A stretch of DNA of 64,000 nucleotides from a virus (lineage: Duplodnaviria; Caudoviricetes): positions 1 to 64,000 of IMG/VR virus record IMGVR_UViG_3300014047_000002; one strand, 5' to 3'. Shown one piece after another: positions 11,864 through 23,013 of the stretch. Under the pieces are notes generated by a model. The model had not been told where the DNA came from and made no database searches. It saw nothing but the letters and a program-made list of their open reading frames with translations. A program made the position numbers and the translations under genes. Position 1 is the first letter of the stretch, and every line of letters begins with the position of its first letter.

Positions 11864-12658
11864 TTAGGCCATTTTCAATCCTGTTTCCTTTTCATATTCA
11901 GTATTAAGATCTGCAGCCATTGTATCAAGTTCTGCTGAGAATGCCATAGACTTTGTAGCAGCATCTAAATTAACATCATAATTACGATAACTTGATACAG
12001 ATTTTGCAAGACAACTATAAGTATTGCCTATATTATCACGGGTATTATAAGCTCTCATCTTAAAACCATATGCATCTGCATCTTTTGTATCTCTAATATC
12101 GGTTCCAAGATACATGAATGACCATGAATATTTGTCTTCCTGGTGTTTAATCATTTCCTTAACCTTTGCTAATGTATATTCCTGCGAAGCATTTTCTTCG
12201 CCATCAGTCATAATAACAATAAGGTTTTTCTCTGGACGCTCTTCTTCAGGCATAGCTGCAAGCCATTGTCCAATCTTATCAATCGCTGTACCAATACCAT
12301 CATTCATAGCAGTACATCCACCTGGTGAATATGTACATTCATTATCATCTGTAGTTTCTGATTCATTAACAGTAGTTCCAGCATTAAGTACAGTAGAAAA
12401 TTTTCCACTATTAAATGGATGGAACCAAGAAACAGATTTACCTTCCTTTAATTCCTTAACGTCCTTAACGTCTTTCCCTCTATATACTTCTGTTACATTA
12501 CCATTAAATTTAAATAAAGATACTGCACATGTACCATTCTTTTCATCCTTCTGTTCTTTAATAAGTTTATTAAAGCCGCCAATAACATCATTTACTGATG
12601 AAGACATACTGCCACTTTCATCAATAACAAAACAAATGTGAATAAAATTACTTTTCAT
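11864..12658 (-). CDS. vWA-domain protein
   Basis: MIDAS DESGSM, T..DG, MTDGEEN. Confidence 0.85.
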   Translation of the reverse strand: MKSNFIHICFVIDESGSMSSSVNDVIGGFNKLIKEQKDEKNGTCAVSLFKFNGNVTEVYRGKDVKDVKELKEGKSVSWFHPFNSGKFSTVLNAGTTVNESETTDDNECTYSPGGCTAMNDGIGTAIDKIGQWLAAMPEEERPEKNLIVIMTDGEENASQEYTLAKVKEMIKHQEDKYSWSFMYLGTDIRDTKDADAYGFKMRAYNTRDNIGNTYSCLAKSVSSYRNYDVNLDAATKSMAFSAELDTMAADLNTEYEKETGLKMA

Positions 12659-12684
12659 TTAGTTTTCTGCATATTTTATTTTAA

Positions 12685-12713
12685 ATTATATTTAAAATAA
12701 TAGAAATTGTTTA
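12685..12713 (-). promoter_or_regulatory. Sigma70-like promoter TAAACA-N17-TATAAT
   Basis: Exact 17-nt spacing; the same motif occurs at 13984-14012. Confidence 0.55.
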
Positions 12714-12723
12714 TAAAATAAAA

Positions 12724-12753
12724 AATGGATAACATAATTTTATGTTATCCATT
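12724..12753 (-). terminator. Intrinsic terminator
   Basis: aatggataacataa / ttatgttatccatt inverted repeat with a T-tail on the minus strand. Confidence 0.7.
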
Positions 12754-12758
12754 ATTAG

Positions 12759-12832
12759 TTGCCACAACGAGACTCGAACTTCGTTCCTCCTCCGTGTTCT
12801 TGAGTTATGCTAAGCCCTTACACCATGCAGCT
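12759..12832 (-). ncRNA. Degenerate tRNA-like element
   Basis: Acceptor-like GCTGCA/TGTGGC, D-like GTGT..GCAT, TTCGAGT loop; no canonical anticodon loop. Confidence 0.4.
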
Positions 12833-13047
12833 ACAATCAATACTTCCAATATTACCCTTTATTTCAATTTAATATAATTGTATGCATTCATATATTAAAC
12901 CTACATATACTCTATAAATTCTATATTGAAGGGCAATTTTACTTTGAATGTCCGACGCTACATTGATGAGATCATAATTTTCTGCATACGAAAGATTTAT
13001 AACGTCACGTGTCCCCCGGCGTATCGTTTCAAATTACAATAATTATA

Positions 13048-13479
13048 TTAAGTATTTTCTTTAAAGTCTGTATAATAATATCCATTAATTTCTTTAACTA
13101 TTAATCCTGCACATTTATTAGCCCATGATTCTGTATAGAATGCATAATAATTTGGATATTTTTTCCTATCTCTTAAATATGCCCAACTGATACTAGGAAT
13201 ACCGATAATAAGCAAATATAAAGGTCCTAATAATTTACTTTGCTTTGTATGACCGTCTACCTCATGTGCTATTGTTGTGGGATATTTTGCACTTTGAGGA
13301 CTTACATATGCAAAATTACCTAATGATATACCACCACTCATTTTTTCAGCAACATAACATATACAGTAATTTCTATAACATAATTTTGTCAGTTTGCCCA
13401 TAAATGGCATCATTACCAGCGCAACTAAATTTTGTGGTAACTACCAAATAAACCAAAGAATAAATTTTATTTTTTCCAT
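13048..13479 (-). CDS. Membrane protein with HExxxH zincin-like motif (recoded)
   Basis: Extends upstream through TAG to give W(Q)LPQNL; HEVDGHTKQS. Confidence 0.7.
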
Positions 13480-13952
13480 ATTGTAAATCTGTAATTATAT
13501 TTATGTTTTTCATCTGCCAAATGTAGTGAGTCATATATCTTTTTCCATTCATCTCCCCATTCAGGGAAAAATGTATCAGCATCTTCACAAATATCATCCA
13601 CAATAGTCAAATACATAGTATCAGACATATTTATTGCCTGCTTATAAATCTGTCCTCCTCCTATAATAAAGACTTCATCATTTGTAGATACTTTTATTGC
13701 TTCATTAATAGATTTACAAACTTTTGCATCTTTAATATCCAAATCAGAATGACTTACCACAATATTTTCTCTATTTGGTAATGCACCTTTTTGGAAAGAA
13801 TAATATGTTTTGCTTCCCATAATAACAGTCTTTCCTGTTGTCATTTCCCTAAACATTCTCATGTCATTTGGTAGATGATATAAAAGGCTATTATTTTTAC
13901 CCAATGCATTATTCTTAGAAATACATGCAATTATCGAAATATTTTTCTTCAT
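13467..13952 (-). CDS. folA: Dihydrofolate reductase
   Basis: ALGKNNSL, DMRMF, VIMGSKT, LPNRENIV, IIGGGQIY, DTFFP. Confidence 0.95.
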   Translation of the reverse strand: MKKNISIIACISKNNALGKNNSLLYHLPNDMRMFREMTTGKTVIMGSKTYYSFQKGALPNRENIVVSHSDLDIKDAKVCKSINEAIKVSTNDEVFIIGGGQIYKQAINMSDTMYLTIVDDICEDADTFFPEWGDEWKKIYDSLHLADEKHKYNYRFTIWKK

Positions 13953-14012
13953 TTATGATCTAAATTATTTTATTATAATTATAATTATATTTTATATAAT
14001 TATCCTTGTTTA

Positions 14013-14978
14013 TCAATATTGTAGTATTGCTAATACCTTATATAGCTCGCTTTTTTTCTCATTATTAACCATTCCACTAGTAGATATAAACCATGATCTT
14101 ATATTAGAATTTTCAGTAGAAGTCCAATATGCAGCATTTTCTATAGAACTTATACATTCATCATTATATAACTATGATAGCTATAATAATTTATTGTTTA
14201 TATTATTTTTATTAACACTTATTACAGATATTTCGGCTCCACTTCCTAAATACCAATCACCTGCCTATGTACTTAATGTATGATAGCGAGCACAACAACA
14301 TGCAGCTGGCGCATAATTACTATCACCACTGTTTGTTATAGAAGTATCTGTTTGCCAATTAACCTAACCCGTTGCTAATAATAATATATTATTTGTATTT
14401 GTTTTACCATCTATATCTGTTACTACACTTTCATTTACTGCACCTAATTGTGATAAATTCCAATTATTATCAATGTCATATAATGATGGAATTTTATTAT
14501 AAGTACCAGTTATCCCATCACCTGTTAAAAATCCAAAACTATCTGCTGCAATGTATAATTTTTTTATATTTGGGTTTGCCGTGTCAGCACCAAACGTTCC
14601 GTAACACATTCCTTGAGGATCTAAAGAACCAGTTTCTGGTGTATCATAATTCATATATTTAAGTGACATCCATCTAGCTTTTTCATTATCACCAAAAAAA
14701 TTCTAACCAGCTATACAAATAGCAATAGGTGTTAATCCATCTGATACTGGTAATATATCTGAAGTATAACTTAAATTGCCATTATTATCAGAATATAATA
14801 TATCTAATGCTTTTGGTGGAGGTGGAGGTGGAGGTATATATGGATTATAATGTACATGTTCTTCCTATTTACAAAAACTTATAACATTATTTTTTTCTGC
14901 TTGTATTTCTGTAAATTCATCACTATTAATAAATGATTCATATACATTATGATTTGGCAAATTCTTTAAATATTTCAT
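14013..14978 (-). CDS. DUF1566/Lcl-like (C-type lectin fold) protein, recoded
   Basis: In frame through TAGs; poly-Pro linker, DGKTNT, PAACC, WYLG, YWTSTE; paralog of 14996-15967. Confidence 0.65.
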
Positions 14979-14995
14979 ATACTCTTTTGTTTTAT

Positions 14996-15967
14996 TTAAT
15001 ATTGTAAAAATGGAACTATATATCGTCCGCTATCCTTACCAACAATAGTAATATGTCCTGTTGTAGGATTTACACAGTATATATTATTTGAATCATATTC
15101 AGTGGAAGTTAAAAATTCATCATTACCAATGATATTGGTATATAATACAGTAGTTGGTTCATACACTTCTACTATTGATTCAAATATATCATGAATACCT
15201 TGGTATTGTGCAAGCACCATTGCATATTCACCACATGCAGGAAGATACCAATCGCCTGCCTATGTACCTAATGTATGATAACGTGCACAACATGCAGCAG
15301 CTGGTGACCAACCTTCACCTTCTTCATTTGCTATAGATGAAGCAGTTTCCCAATTTGTCTGTCTTGATATAGCTTTGAGCATTATTTCTGTATTATTCTT
15401 TCCATCTACATCTGTTACTGCATATGTATTTTTTTCACCTAATACAGTTAAATTCCATTCATTATTTGTATCAAATAAACTCGGTATTACAGAAGATGAA
15501 TTATTAGGATTATGATCTATTAAATATCCTGAACTTCCTCCTCCATTATATATGTTCTACATATTTGTTAAAGATAAATCAACTCCTTTATTACCGCATA
15601 CCATACCTTGCTCACGCTAACCAGTAAAAGGTTCCTCACTGCTTATCATTGTAAATGCCATCCATCTAGCAGGTTCATTATCTCCGAAGAAATTTGCTCC
15701 TGCTACACAAATAGCTATTGGTGTTTTTTCTTCAGATACTGGTAATATATCTGAGGTAAAACTCAAATTTCCATTAGCATCAGAATAGAGAATATCTAAT
15801 GGCTATGCTAATATTACCGGAGGTATATAAGGAATATAATGTACATGTAAATCTTTTTTACAATAACCTATTATATCCTTTTTTTCTTCTTGTATTTCTG
15901 TAAAAGTAGAACCATTAATAAATGCTTCATATGCATTATGATCAATTAATTTCTTTAAGTATTTCAT
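14996..15967 (-). CDS. DUF1566/Lcl-like protein paralog, recoded
   Basis: Start MKYLKKL; DGKNNT, PAACC, WYLPACGE, FLTSTE; ends LQY like its paralog. Confidence 0.65.
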
Positions 15968-16053
15968 ATACTTTATTTTATTTTAATATTGTAATAAATG
16001 TATTATAATCATCTAGGCCTTTAAAAGCTTTTATATAAATCATAATATTTGCT

Positions 16054-16767
16054 TTATTTCCTTTTTATTCTTGCTTCAAAATCTGCAATACAAGCATCCT
16101 TATTATAACGAATATTTTTCTTTATTTTCGAATACTCTGTACCTTTTTCTATTTCATCTTTAAATTGTTTTCTAATGAATGCTTCATCAGCTTCTTCATT
16201 ATTTCCTAATGCTCCTTTTGTATCTCTATTATATTGATTACCTCTTTCTGGAATATAACCTCTGAATGTTTTGCCATCCCAATATACCATGAATAAAATA
16301 GGTTCTTCCCAGTCACCTCCCATTTGTCCGAGAATATAAGGAATACCTGATTTGGTTGTTCTTATATCACCAATAGCATCACAATTCTCAGTATCATGAT
16401 AAATCTTTAATAAATCAATATTCATTTCTGGCAATTTAGAATTCTGTTTTATCTTTTTTTCATCTTTCCAATTACCAACCATTCTATATAAGAATTTTCC
16501 TGGACTTATTTTTGAACCTTCTTTATGATCCCGCCTGTCATATTCATCGGCACCATACTTCCAGAAAAATTCAGTAATTTTATCTTCCAATTCTTTTACT
16601 GAAATTTTTGGCGCTGTTCTACCAGCCTTTGGTGTATCCAAATCCATATTCAAATAATATGTCCTATGTGTACCATGCTTCTCTACTGCTTCATCTGATT
16701 CATTAATAGCATTTTTTACCCCCTTTGCTATTCTCATCATAATATTTTCATATAATTGCTTATTCAT
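16054..16767 (-). CDS. Hypothetical protein with LYENI...INES leader (possible head cargo)
   Basis: Intact ORF; late-type AATAAATA at 16916-16923. Confidence 0.7.
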   Translation of the reverse strand: MNKQLYENIMMRIAKGVKNAINESDEAVEKHGTHRTYYLNMDLDTPKAGRTAPKISVKELEDKITEFFWKYGADEYDRRDHKEGSKISPGKFLYRMVGNWKDEKKIKQNSKLPEMNIDLLKIYHDTENCDAIGDIRTTKSGIPYILGQMGGDWEEPILFMVYWDGKTFRGYIPERGNQYNRDTKGALGNNEEADEAFIRKQFKDEIEKGTEYSKIKKNIRYNKDACIADFEARIKRK

Positions 16768-16997
16768 GATAGTATTGCTTTAATTTTCTGTATTACTACT
16801 ATTATTCTTCTATTCTCCTGCATAATCTACATTAGTCGTTATGGTATTAAAAAAGATACCATCTAATTTTATAGGTTTATCATTATTATCCATATAGAAA
16901 ATAACATAATTTTAATATTTATTTTTATGAAAAGAGCATGCTATACTCACGTACAACATGCCCTAAATGAGATTTATGTTTGTAAAAAATTAAAGTG

Positions 16998-17330
16998 TTA
17001 TGTAATGTTATATTTTTCTCTTGCTTTCTCTAATGTATGAATATCATAATCAACAATTTCATCAAACCATTTCTCAAATTGCTTTAGCGTAAAATATCGC
17101 TGACCACAATTTGCCTGAATCCATACAGAAGTTTCTGTTTTTATACAGATATATACTTCTCCATATTCATACATCCTATGAGGTACAGTCATATTTCTAT
17201 AGCATAGCTTCTTATGCATAGTTCTCTTTGCTTTACATCTGCAAAATCGTCCGCAAGGATTATAATACGGACTATGATTTAATATAATATATCTTTCCGG
17301 ATGTTCCGGATTTTCATATGGTATATGCAT
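16998..17330 (-). CDS. Hypothetical protein
   Basis: Intact ORF in operon. Confidence 0.6.
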   Translation of the reverse strand: MHIPYENPEHPERYIILNHSPYYNPCGRFCRCKAKRTMHKKLCYRNMTVPHRMYEYGEVYICIKTETSVWIQANCGQRYFTLKQFEKWFDEIVDYDIHTLEKAREKYNIT

Positions 17331-17332
17331 AA

Positions 17333-17539
17333 TTAAAATGAAATTTTTGTATTTGACTCAATTTCTTCAACTCTGAATGGAATATCATCATTAAAGATAT
17401 TAGTCATTCTATTATTTGAGTCACAATGTTCCTGTAATGCATCCCAATTAGTGCCCATATCATATATTTCATTCTTTGAGCTAACTAATGCATAAATTGT
17501 ATTTACTGCTTTATATGTTTTTGTATTTTTATTGATCAT
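17333..17539 (-). CDS. Hypothetical protein
   Basis: Intact ORF in operon. Confidence 0.55.
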   Translation of the reverse strand: MINKNTKTYKAVNTIYALVSSKNEIYDMGTNWDALQEHCDSNNRMTNIFNDDIPFRVEEIESNTKISF

Positions 17540-17540
17540 A

Positions 17541-18263
17541 TTATTTCCAAGTATCTTTTATAAATTCTTCTGCTGCTTTCATTGCTTCATCTTTTGTAAG
17601 CCATTTCTGCTCACCTTCCCAGACAACATCCAGATTATTAACCTTTGCATACCAATGAATGCCGCCATCCCATGTAAGTAGACGTACATCTTCTAAGGTA
17701 GGTTTCTTAAGAACTGGATAGAGTAATTTATCCGACTCTACTGTTTCTACAATCTTATATTCAGGATTGGTTTCATTCATAATGAAAACCATGATATTCG
17801 CTTCAGGAAGATATAATTGAGTTTCATAAGAACGCTTAATGCGATCATCCTCACACCCATTCATAAGCTTTACACCAGCAATAGCCCGACCATACATAGT
17901 AGCCCGAGAATAATTCTCAATCATCTTTGAAAGAGTGTTTACAGTCTTTGTAAAGAATGACGTCATTTCACCTTCTGCATTATAACTGTTAAATGAATCA
18001 GATGTACCATCTACTTGTTTATAATATTTTTCAGTATCTCTATAATCATCCTCAGGCCACCATGCTTTATCTTTATTATCTTTCTGCCAATCCTTACAAA
18101 GCATACGCCAAATTTTCATTTGGTGACGCTGTGCAGCCATCCAAAGAGGCTGACAATACAATTTATAATGCTCATGTATCTGATCCTCGTTTGATGGAGC
18201 CAAATACCAATAACCAGTATCACCTCGTTGTTTTGTATTTACAATACGGACAAACTTATACAT
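17541..18263 (-). CDS. Hypothetical protein
   Basis: Intact 240-aa ORF. Confidence 0.7.
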   Translation of the reverse strand: MYKFVRIVNTKQRGDTGYWYLAPSNEDQIHEHYKLYCQPLWMAAQRHQMKIWRMLCKDWQKDNKDKAWWPEDDYRDTEKYYKQVDGTSDSFNSYNAEGEMTSFFTKTVNTLSKMIENYSRATMYGRAIAGVKLMNGCEDDRIKRSYETQLYLPEANIMVFIMNETNPEYKIVETVESDKLLYPVLKKPTLEDVRLLTWDGGIHWYAKVNNLDVVWEGEQKWLTKDEAMKAAEEFIKDTWK

Positions 18264-18268
18264 AGCTG

Positions 18269-18514
18269 TTATTTCTTAATAATTTTTTCTTTATAGATAT
18301 TCACAAGATACGAGAGGAAATTCTGAATAATAAACCGTACTACATACACAGGCCAAGTAAATGCCACTACAGCACCTAATATAATATCCCTGATATTCTT
18401 AATCGGCTTATCATCCTTTGAATTCTTAATTACAAACCATGCTAAACCAATAGCTACCAGGATGTAAATTAAAGCCATCAACGCGATTAAACCTATAATA
18501 ATATATACTTTCAT
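18269..18514 (-). CDS. Small membrane protein
   Basis: Two hydrophobic helices. Confidence 0.6.
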   Translation of the reverse strand: MKVYIIIGLIALMALIYILVAIGLAWFVIKNSKDDKPIKNIRDIILGAVVAFTWPVYVVRFIIQNFLSYLVNIYKEKIIKK

Positions 18515-18545
18515 ATCTTTAATATTTTAACGTGATATGGTGAGT

Positions 18546-18899
18546 TTATGCAAGCACTACAACAATCTTATTCTCACTTTGTGTATGAATCTTATTTACT
18601 TCATCAAGAGTTTCTTGTATAATCCTCGTGGTTTCTTTAAGGGCTGACAGAGGAATCATATAATCAGACTCATCTTCCTTATACATGGCATCCATTATAT
18701 TCTGCAGGAATTCTATATCAGAAACCTCTGCAGTAGGTTCCATATGTCTCATCAACTTAATCTTTGCAGTTTCCTCTTCAATCTTTGCATTCTCTTTTTG
18801 CAAATGTGAAAGGATCTCTTCGAGATCTACTACACCACTATGAACACATTGAGGATATTGTTCACTCAAGTCTTTTACTATTTTTTTCCAGATATTCAT
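18546..18899 (-). CDS. Hypothetical protein
   Basis: Intact ORF. Confidence 0.6.
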   Translation of the reverse strand: MNIWKKIVKDLSEQYPQCVHSGVVDLEEILSHLQKENAKIEEETAKIKLMRHMEPTAEVSDIEFLQNIMDAMYKEDESDYMIPLSALKETTRIIQETLDEVNKIHTQSENKIVVVLA

Positions 18900-18909
18900 A
18901 ATTTATATT

Positions 18910-19155
18910 TTATAATAGTTTATATGCATTGCGGGTAACTTCATACAAATATGATATACTTGTAGGATACTTTTTCGAAATTTTTTCGATTTCTTTTTCT
19001 GCATCCTCTTTACTTTTAAACATTGCGGCATTTTCAATATCGTTAGTAAATCGGATTGCTCCTGGATTTACACCTAACGGCATACGATACCCAAAAGATA
19101 TTTTTGTGATTTTATCTTTTGTTTCAATGATGTATAAAGTCTTTAATTCTATCAT
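18910..19155 (-). CDS. Hypothetical protein
   Basis: Intact ORF after early promoter. Confidence 0.6.
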   Translation of the reverse strand: MIELKTLYIIETKDKITKISFGYRMPLGVNPGAIRFTNDIENAAMFKSKEDAEKEIEKISKKYPTSISYLYEVTRNAYKLL

Positions 19156-19177
19156 AATCTCTTTATTTTTGTTACTG

Positions 19178-19185
19178 CAAAGATA
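19178..19185 (-). promoter_or_regulatory. Bacteroidota-type -7 promoter element
   Basis: TATCTTTG(CA). Confidence 0.65.
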
Positions 19186-19234
19186 AGAGTAATTTTTGGA
19201 ATAAAAAAATAAATCACCAAAAAATTTCGGTGAT

Positions 19235-19726
19235 TTAGCATTTTTTAATATTTTCTTCTTGAAATATATAATCCATTGTGGATTTCCAATCTATTGTTGC
19301 ATATCCTCTTTCATCCCGTTCTCCTTCTAAGAAATGCAACCATTCTCCATGAAAATCCGCAGCACCATTCTTCGGAGAATCATCAATAAGATAATCACCA
19401 ATCAATAAATCCTTATGATGTGATATAATCAGTTTCTTCTTTAATTCATCTCCAAAATATTTCTGTACCCACAAAAGCTTGTCACTCCATGCAGAAGGGT
19501 TATTCCAAGGAGCAGTAGTTAAAATATATACATCAAAATATAAACATAATGTTTTTACACAATCTATTGCATATTCCCTAGGTTTCATACGAGAAAATAT
19601 ACCAGGTATTTCATCAATCTTATAATAATTCAATTCTTCCTGTGTACATGCATCTATACCTGATTTAAAATCTACTATTGTATTATCTAAATCAATATAT
19701 ATTATTTTCTTTAATGGCTTCCGCAT
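19235..19726 (-). CDS. 5'(3')-deoxyribonucleotidase, NT5C-like HAD
   Basis: DLDNTIVDF, ILTTAPW, K..W, LIDDSP. Confidence 0.9.
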   Translation of the reverse strand: MRKPLKKIIYIDLDNTIVDFKSGIDACTQEELNYYKIDEIPGIFSRMKPREYAIDCVKTLCLYFDVYILTTAPWNNPSAWSDKLLWVQKYFGDELKKKLIISHHKDLLIGDYLIDDSPKNGAADFHGEWLHFLEGERDERGYATIDWKSTMDYIFQEENIKKC

Positions 19727-19786
19727 ATTATTAAATAATGTTTTATATTATATAAAAGTAAATATAAAAAGTTAATTTATAAATTA

Positions 19787-20947
19787 ATGAATTCATATAT
19801 TAAACATATAATAGAAGCATTTGATTTTGGTGCTATTGATAATACAAAAAAGAAAAAAGATAGCCATATTACAAATGTAGCAAAAAATTATATCAGGGAG
19901 GCTGGTATAAAAGATGCATAGGAAGTTGTTAAAAATCTGTTAAATAAAAAGAAAGTAGATATAGATCTTGACCAATATTATGCAGTATATAAATCATCAG
20001 ATACTATGTTAAAAGCATTAATAACATCTTATTGCAATTTATATGGTTGGGATCGTTCATTAAATTGGATAGATGTTTCTAATATTACTGATATGAGTGA
20101 CCTTTTCTTTCATACCAAGTTTAATGGTGATATATCTTCTTGGGATGTTAGTAATGTTCATGATATGAAAGGTATGTTTTGGGATACTCCTTTCAATGGA
20201 GATATTAGTAAATGGAATGTATCTAATGTAGAAAGAATGGTATTTATGTTTTATAATTCGAAATTTAATAAAGATATTAGTAGATGGGATGTTAGTAATG
20301 TTAATAATATGAGTGGTATGTTTAGAGATACATTATTTAATAAAGATATTAGTAGATGGGATGTTTCTAACGTTACCAACATGCAAGGAATGTTTGAACA
20401 TTCTCAATTTAATGGAGATATTTCTAATTGGGATGTCAGTAATGTTATCAATATGCAAAATATGTTCTGTAATTCAAAATTCAATGGAGATATTTCTAAC
20501 TGGGATGTATCAAATGTTGTTAATATGGAAGCAATGTTTCAAAAATCTAAATTTACTGGAGATATAAGTAAATGGAATACCAGTAAATGCAAGAAGATGA
20601 AGAGCATGTTTTATAGATCAAAATTCAATGGGGATATTTCTAACTGGGATATTTCACATGTTCATGAAATATCTTATATGTTTAAGAATTCAGAATTTAC
20701 CGGCGATATAAGTAAATGGAATCCTATACAAGTAACTACTATGCTAAAGATGTTTTAGAATTCAAAATTCAATGGAGATATAGGTTTATGGTATATGCCA
20801 AAATGTAGAAATTATGATTATATGTTTGACGGTGCAATAAACTTCAATTAGGATTTGTCAAAATGGAAGATAAAAGATAAAACAAGGCAATCATATATGT
20901 TCAGGAATTGCCCAATTCAAGATGAATATAAACCCCAAATAATTTAA
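19787..20947 (+). CDS. BspA/DUF285-type repeat protein (recoded)
   Basis: Start MNSYIKHIIEAFDF; in frame with track ORF 20006; reads through TAGs to TAA. Confidence 0.85.
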
Positions 20948-21081
20948 TATAATAAAGAAAGGAGGAAATTATTTTTCCTCCTTTTTCTTGTCTAATTTAG
21001 CCAATTGATTTCCAACTACTGTTCCAATTACCAAAAGTAAAGGTCCGCCAATAGCTAATATAGGTACTAAATAAATTGCAA

Positions 21082-21414
21082 TTATTCTACACATAGTATT
21101 TCTTTTTCAGGAATTATTTTTGCTCGTTTTGTGAATTCATCATTGAAATAGAAAATTCCTTTCTTTCCATTGTATTCACCACACCATCCAACTGTAACGA
21201 CTTTATCTCCATATTCATTCCTTGTGTCAGAATCTACAAAATCTACTAACCATCTATCTTGATAATCTTCTCTGAATACTAAATGGGTTTCCTGCTTATT
21301 ATGATACATACGCTTCATATTACCAAATTCCATTTTGGTCATATAAACATACTTATCTAATGTTACCGGTCCATTAAACCATTCCTTTAGTTTCTTTAAT
21401 ATTCTACACTTCAT
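21082..21414 (-). CDS. Hypothetical protein
   Basis: Intact ORF. Confidence 0.6.
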   Translation of the reverse strand: MKCRILKKLKEWFNGPVTLDKYVYMTKMEFGNMKRMYHNKQETHLVFREDYQDRWLVDFVDSDTRNEYGDKVVTVGWCGEYNGKKGIFYFNDEFTKRAKIIPEKEILCVE

Positions 21415-21766
21415 CTTTCCAACTTATTATTAAATAACCACGTCTCGCAATTTCACCTATGTTTATTAACTTCTCTACACCACCATATTCTTGTGAAAAA
21501 CATGTATTATACCCGCTTGCACCTAATTCTTGCTCAAAACATGCATCATACCCAAAATGCTTTAAATAATCAATAAACTCTTGAATATTTTTCTCTAATA
21601 AAATAAACGGCAATTCAACTTTTGTTAAACCTGATAAAGATGCTTCACCTATTGCTTTACTGATATTCTCTATAGTAATCTTATGTTCTTCTTCAAACTT
21701 TCTTATATTACTTTCCTTATATGCTTGAACATTTGCACGTGCAAGTTCTGCTGTAATAATCATCAT
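21404..21766 (-). CDS. Hypothetical protein (ends at TAG; about 10 aa longer if read through)
   Basis: Intact ORF overlapping the next start. Confidence 0.6.
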   Translation of the reverse strand: MMIITAELARANVQAYKESNIRKFEEEHKITIENISKAIGEASLSGLTKVELPFILLEKNIQEFIDYLKHFGYDACFEQELGASGYNTCFSQEYGGVEKLINIGEIARRGYLIISWKDEV

Positions 21767-21806
21767 ATTACTTCCTTTATAATACTTTTATATAATATAA
21801 AAAATA

Positions 21807-22103
21807 TTATTTTTTGTTTATCAATTTTACATCTTTTAATAATATTGGCTCATATACCCTTACTTGCCAACAACCTTTACAATAATTATTATGTCTTACA
21901 TGCTTAAACGGATCATACTCCACCTCTAATACAATATCTCCATAACAACAGGCTTCTTTATAATCGACAGCAAGATATGTACACCTATCAACTTCCTTGA
22001 TTATATTCCCCTTATTATCTACAACAAAACGACGTCCAAAAAGCATTCCCTCTTTTTGAATCACATCCCAATTCTCTGCAGTAGTTCCATGATAAAATCT
22101 CAT
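21807..22103 (-). CDS. Small ADP-ribosyltransferase-fold-like protein
   Basis: FYHGT...YLA...A..YG pattern. Confidence 0.5.
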   Translation of the reverse strand: MRFYHGTTAENWDVIQKEGMLFGRRFVVDNKGNIIKEVDRCTYLAVDYKEACCYGDIVLEVEYDPFKHVRHNNYCKGCWQVRVYEPILLKDVKLINKK

Positions 22104-22132
22104 AATAAATAATAAAATAGTTTAAATTTATA

Positions 22133-22939
22133 GTGAATAATTATATCAAAAGTTTAATAGAATCATTTGATTTTAATGTAGTTAAAAAAGATTCTGTACA
22201 TAACAGGGTTTATAATGATTTTAAAAATATCATTAAAAAATAGATTAAAACCGTAATTGATGATATGTTAACTGAAGAAATTACAAAAATAGATTAGATA
22301 GATCCTGTTATAATATAGTGCTTTAACAATAATATTCCTATATATACGCCTAAAGATAAAGATGAATTGAAAAAAATCCTCACTTATTTTTTAGAAATCT
22401 TTGGACTACAATGTAATTTAAACTGGTTAGATACTTCTCAAATTACTGATATGTCAGAATTATTTATGAACTGGGAATTCAATGGTGATATTAGTAAGTG
22501 GGATGTCGGTAATGTTACCGATATGAGCCGTATGTTTCAATGCTGTAAATTCAATGGTGATATATCAAACTGGAATGTAAGTAATGTTAAATTAATGTAT
22601 TATATGTTTGATAAATCCTCTTTTAATTAGGATATTAGCAATTGGGATGTCAGCAATGTTACAGATATGGAATCAATGTTCTGCAGTTCAAAATTTAATT
22701 AGGATATTAGCAGATGGGATGTATCAAAGGTTACTAATATGAGTTTTATGTTTTATGAAACCGATTTTAATGGTGATATTAGTAAGTGGGATATAAGTAA
22801 AGTAGAAGATATGGGTAATATGTTTGCTTATTCTAAATTTAACAGAGATATTAGTAATTGGGATATGTCTAATGTTAATTATATAAGTTATATGTTTTAG
22901 AATTGCCCAATAAAAGATGAATATAAACCAAAATTTTAA
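22133..22939 (+). CDS. BspA/DUF285-type repeat protein (recoded)
   Basis: GTG start MNNYIKSLIESFDF; FN(TAG)DIS repeats; ends YKPKF-TAA. Confidence 0.8.
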
Positions 22940-23013
22940 TAATAAATTAAGGATACCAAATCTCTGGTATCCTTTCTTTTATTTAATAAATATAAAAATT
23001 GGGTAATTGATAA

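Noticed and set aside
12114-12641. Plus-strand 175-aa ORF (also 26040-26342, 28218-28622)
   Set aside because: Antisense shadows of the vWA, tuf and DUF2828 genes.
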